Shown: positions 24,401 to 27,974 of the stretch, one piece after another
How the letters are laid out: each line of letters opens with the position of its first letter
Numbering within the stretch: position 1 is the stretch's first letter
Source of the DNA: a virus
Taxonomy: Duplodnaviria > Caudoviricetes
Length of the DNA stretch: 27,974 bases
Virus record (IMG/VR): IMGVR_UViG_3300047561_001115
Coordinates: 1 to 27,974 of that record
Strand: one strand, 5' to 3'
Notes under the pieces: generated by a model
Seen by the model: the letters and a program-made list of their open reading frames with translations, nothing else
Told to the model about the DNA's origin: nothing
Databases searched by the model: none
Program-made: the position numbers and the translations under genes

Positions 24401-27016
24401 ATGTTCCAAAAACGCATACATGTGTTTAAGGCCGGCGATCAAACGTCGGCTCAAGGTGTGGCCCGAAGCTTCAGCACCAAGGACCTCGACCAGGTCATCG
24501 CCTCATACGATCCCCAGATCCACGAAGCACCTCTTGTGCTCGGTCATCAGGGTGATTCTGACAGTCTACCCTCGTATGGGTGGATTAAAGGCTTTGAGCG
24601 TGAAGGTGATAACCTTTACGCCGACGTTGCGTTTACGGACGTCGCGAAAGACCTGGTGAAAGATGGACACTATCGAAAGGTGTCCATCTCCTTCTACTCC
24701 CCAGATTCGCAGATAAACCCGACACCCGGAAAGTGGACCGCTCGCCATTTGGCGTTGCTCGGTGCTGCTCCACCGGCGGTGAAAGGTCTCGAACCTTTCA
24801 ATTTCGCCGAATGGGATAGTCGCGTCGGAGTCTATGACTTCGCCGTCGCTATCGACCCGATGACGGTGTTTGATAAGGATTTGGGACCGACTCTCGTTCG
24901 CGATTTGAGTCCCCTTGAAATGCTCAAGGAGAAACTCGATCTCGCCCGTGGTGAGATGCGTGCCGCCGTAGCGGACGCCATTGGAACCCCTGAGGAACAG
25001 AAAGTGGAAGACACGTCCGCCGAGGTGGAGAAGCAAGAGGACAGCGCATCAGAAATCGAAAACCCTAGTAACCCTGCTAGCTTCTCCGAACGCCCACGTC
25101 GTGGGGATAACGCTCGGTCAGTCGCAGATCTTGAAGACCAGTTTCCCAAGGACGAATTCATGGAAGAACAAGGCATCAGTCGGAAAAAGAAATCCACCAA
25201 ACACGGGCAAGTGTCCCAAGTGGTGGAGAACGTCTATCGTGAAGACGAAGACGAGATGGACGCGGATTACGAAGAGCGCGGTTCAAACAATCCCAAAATG
25301 CGGAATCCCCGTATGGAGCCCGGCAAAGTTAATTATGCCGAGAATCATGGCGGTAAGTATGACAGCCACGGCCCCCATGGCAAATATGTGGGTGAAGACC
25401 GCTACGAAACCGCCAAGAGTGAGGAGCAACAACTCGATCGTTACAAGACCGGGAAGACCACTCCTGAGAAAGCCACTTTCGGCCGTGACAAAATCTCCAC
25501 TGGCAAGGAGCAGCATGACGCTGGTCTTCCTCCCGCCAAAAACAATGCTATCGAAGAAGACCGTCGTAAGACAGGTCGTTTCACTGACCCTGATGATGAA
25601 GGACGGTACGACGAAATGAGTCGCGATCAAATCATGAACAACAACCAGTACGATGACGACGTTGATTACGGAGTCAACGATGCTGAGACTGCCTCCGGCA
25701 GCAACCCTGCTGGTCGTGTTGACGGCGATACCAAGGTCCCAACTGAGACCGAAGAAATGCCTGATGACGAGATTTTTGGCGTTAACGTTGAGAACGTTAA
25801 GAACGCCAAGAACGCCCGCGTAATGTACATCAAGGGCGGCGAAAAGATGCCCAAGTCATTTGGCGGTGGCGTCCCAGGTTCGGTAATGGCAGACTATGCG
25901 GAGCCCGAACCCGCCGAGGTTACTGGCAAATCCGGTGTGTATGCCGAAGGCGGCAAGAAGAAGCAGCTCTCAGGTGAGTTTGAAGGTGGTCCTAACGAGA
26001 TGACCCTCAAAACTGGCGGTGTATATAGCGAGTCCTATCGCGGTGAGCCCAAGTCCAGCAAGAAAGCTCTGACCCCAGGCGCTTTTGACTCTGACGAGGA
26101 TGAAGAGCCCGCAGAACTGACTGGACCTTCCGGTGTGACCGGCGGTGCTGACCACGGCGAGATGCCTGAGGCCTTCAAGAAAAACATGGAGAAGATGAAG
26201 GCTAAGGCCAAGGCCAAGAAGGGTGATGACGAAGAGATGTCGGCTGACCATCGTGAACTTCCTCCAGCTCTGAAGAAGCGCGCACAGGAGGTGAAGGAAC
26301 AGGGCCACTTCGCCGAGGATCACAACGAAGTCGATGCCCAAGCTGGCATCCCCCGTTCCAAGAAGGACATGCTAAGTGGCGAGTTCGACGGTGGTGTGGC
26401 TGAAGAAACCGGTCCTTCTGGAGTTAGCACTGGGTACGCTGAGCATGAGGATGAGGACAATCCTTACACTCGCACCGGCTTCGGTTCGACCTACAAGGAA
26501 GACGAAGACGAGATGGATGAGGAGTTCTGTGACATGGGCGCACAGAAAATGACTCGCGCTTATAAGGAGAAAGCCGGGGACAAGGAGGACATGGACTTCA
26601 GCGAATTCTACGCTGAACTTCAGGCTCTGAAGGCCGAGAATGCTCGCATCAAGCACGAGTATCGTGAGGCTCAAATCGCTCGCCGTCGCGACCAGATTCA
26701 CAGTTTCGTCGAAGGCCTCTACGAACAGGGCAAGATGGTTGATTCCATCATCCCCGAACGGAAACTCATCGAGTTCGCTGAAGGTCTGGAGTTCGGTGTT
26801 CTTGAGTTCTCCGAGGGAGAAACTGCCACTGGACTACTGTTTGGTATCCTGAACAGCCTGCCCAACCTCGTGGACTTCAGCGAGTACGCCGGTGGTTCTA
26901 TGAAGTTCGTGGACGAAGCCGACTTGGACCCGCACCAAAAGGCTCTCTCGATGGTAGAGAAGTCTGGCGGCGAGCTCGACTATGTCGAGGCCCTGAAGAA
27001 GGCGATGTACTCCTGA
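24401..27016 (+). CDS. Prohead protease/scaffold (Mu gpI-like N-terminal peptidase with long acidic extension)
   Basis: IHVFKAG, HEAPLVLGH, YGWIK, YRKVSISFY, RHLALLGAAPPAVKGL; C-terminal coiled coil and DYVEALK end. Confidence 0.85.
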   Translation: MFQKRIHVFKAGDQTSAQGVARSFSTKDLDQVIASYDPQIHEAPLVLGHQGDSDSLPSYGWIKGFEREGDNLYADVAFTDVAKDLVKDGHYRKVSISFYSPDSQINPTPGKWTARHLALLGAAPPAVKGLEPFNFAEWDSRVGVYDFAVAIDPMTVFDKDLGPTLVRDLSPLEMLKEKLDLARGEMRAAVADAIGTPEEQKVEDTSAEVEKQEDSASEIENPSNPASFSERPRRGDNARSVADLEDQFPKDEFMEEQGISRKKKSTKHGQVSQVVENVYREDEDEMDADYEERGSNNPKMRNPRMEPGKVNYAENHGGKYDSHGPHGKYVGEDRYETAKSEEQQLDRYKTGKTTPEKATFGRDKISTGKEQHDAGLPPAKNNAIEEDRRKTGRFTDPDDEGRYDEMSRDQIMNNNQYDDDVDYGVNDAETASGSNPAGRVDGDTKVPTETEEMPDDEIFGVNVENVKNAKNARVMYIKGGEKMPKSFGGGVPGSVMADYAEPEPAEVTGKSGVYAEGGKKKQLSGEFEGGPNEMTLKTGGVYSESYRGEPKSSKKALTPGAFDSDEDEEPAELTGPSGVTGGADHGEMPEAFKKNMEKMKAKAKAKKGDDEEMSADHRELPPALKKRAQEVKEQGHFAEDHNEVDAQAGIPRSKKDMLSGEFDGGVAEETGPSGVSTGYAEHEDEDNPYTRTGFGSTYKEDEDEMDEEFCDMGAQKMTRAYKEKAGDKEDMDFSEFYAELQALKAENARIKHEYREAQIARRRDQIHSFVEGLYEQGKMVDSIIPERKLIEFAEGLEFGVLEFSEGETATGLLFGILNSLPNLVDFSEYAGGSMKFVDEADLDPHQKALSMVEKSGGELDYVEALKKAMYS

Positions 27017-27017
27017 G

Positions 27018-27791
27018 ATGGATCTTCTCTCGATGGTTGGCTTAGCCACCCGTCAGAGGGAGACCTACTTCAAGCAAGCCGAGGCTCTGGCGAAAAAATT
27101 CCCAGACCTCGGTAAATTGGAGCAGAGGATGGAGGCGGAGGGGAAAGTCATCGTCAAAGGTCTTCGTGACCAACAGATGAAATTCGATGAGTACGAACGT
27201 GCTCTCGTTGACAAAACCCTCACCTCCGCCCTCGCCGCTGTCTACCTCGGCGCTGGTGATTCCCAACCCAAACAGAAAATGGAGCGCGCTTGGCCAGCGA
27301 TTGTTGGTGGCATGCTTCCACCACTCAATGTCTTCCTCAAAGAGACCAAGGACTACATTGATGAGGGCGTTCTTCGATATGATGACGACTCAGTGGATTT
27401 CGCTGACACCGACCTTCGAGGGGTTCTCTCTGTTGATCGCGAGTTCGATCCGGAATACCCAGAAGAGTGGCTGGGCGCCTCTGCTGAGGAGGAAGCCAAT
27501 ATCGAAACGGCCAAAAGACATGCTCAAGGTAAAACTTGGCCAGCACTTGCTGGTCGGGTTCTCCGATACATTGCTTCTCCCGCTTACAGCTTTTTCGAAC
27601 TCGGTGTCTTCATGGACAATGAGCAAAAGGGCTTTCGTGAGATGAAGCGCATCGCCCACCACGACAAACGCACATGTCCTGACTGTAAGAGCTATGACGA
27701 GGCCGGCTGGCAACCAATAGGCGCTCTACCAATGCCCGGTAGAGGTTGCAGATGTTGGGATCGCTGCCGCTGTCGTATTGAGTACAGATAG
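27018..27791 (+). CDS. Head morphogenesis protein, Mu gpF/SPP1 gp7-like
   Basis: C-terminal DKRTCPDC...RCWDRCRCRIEY cysteine pattern; lies in the head module. Confidence 0.7.
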   Translation: MDLLSMVGLATRQRETYFKQAEALAKKFPDLGKLEQRMEAEGKVIVKGLRDQQMKFDEYERALVDKTLTSALAAVYLGAGDSQPKQKMERAWPAIVGGMLPPLNVFLKETKDYIDEGVLRYDDDSVDFADTDLRGVLSVDREFDPEYPEEWLGASAEEEANIETAKRHAQGKTWPALAGRVLRYIASPAYSFFELGVFMDNEQKGFREMKRIAHHDKRTCPDCKSYDEAGWQPIGALPMPGRGCRCWDRCRCRIEYR

Positions 27792-27798
27792 GGTAAAA
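27791..27798 (+). promoter_or_regulatory. Candidate late promoter motif GGGTAAAA
   Basis: Directly after the MuF-like gene, upstream of the next ORF. Confidence 0.55.
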
Positions 27799-27854
27799 CA
27801 TGCCCAACGGGTGAACTTTTGTTCTCCACATTAAAGACCAATTGTAATTGAAAC

Positions 27855-27974
27855 ATGTTTACTTCGACTAATGCTGCCCCGGCCTACGGAAAACAGTACA
27901 TTCGTTTCGCCGAAACCTTCACCGGCGACCCTTCAGTCGCCATCGGTGAATTCCGCTGCGTAAGCGGTGGCACC
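27855..27974 (+). CDS. 5' part of the next gene (MFTSTNAAPAYGKQYIRFAETF...), possibly capsid decoration or capsid protein
   Basis: Open from ATG 27855 to the window edge; product guessed from position only. Confidence 0.6.
   Translation, partial: MFTSTNAAPAYGKQYIRFAETFTGDPSVAIGEFRCVSGGT

Noticed and set aside
1-27974. Eukaryotic/mitochondrial origin, or a contractile injection system/tailocin
   Set aside because: Intronless overlapping genes with portal, prohead protease and MuF indicate a phage. No tRNA or rRNA genes were seen.

Overview
A gene-dense fragment of a large contractile-tailed dsDNA phage, with every supported gene on the + strand. A cyanobacterial host is likely but inferred. 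The left part holds a nucleotide kinase, a thymidylate-synthase-family enzyme, an array of small genes behind four copies of a repeated promoter cassette, and a GyrA/ParC-type topoisomerase subunit. The middle holds a large Ig-like repeat virion protein, a family A DNA polymerase of the mitochondrial Pol gamma type and a second kinase paralog. The right part is a morphogenesis module: tail assembly chaperone with a -1 frameshift, gpS/gpG-like, gpX-like, a giant tail sheath, an RHH protein, gp25-like wedge, DUF935-type portal, Mu gpI-like protease/scaffold and MuF-like protein. Most notable: (1) the TS homolog has Asp at the dUMP/dCMP specificity position, pointing to a modified-cytosine DNA pathway together with the two kinases and the Pol gamma-like polymerase; (2) the sheath carries a symmetric 6-out/tip/6-back repeat insertion whose core recurs as 1/tip/1 in a second virion protein; (3) palindrome plus leaderless promoter cassettes; (4) a candidate late promoter GGGTAAAA; (5) a structured leader before the sheath gene. 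Family assignments come from motif recognition by eye; no searches were run.
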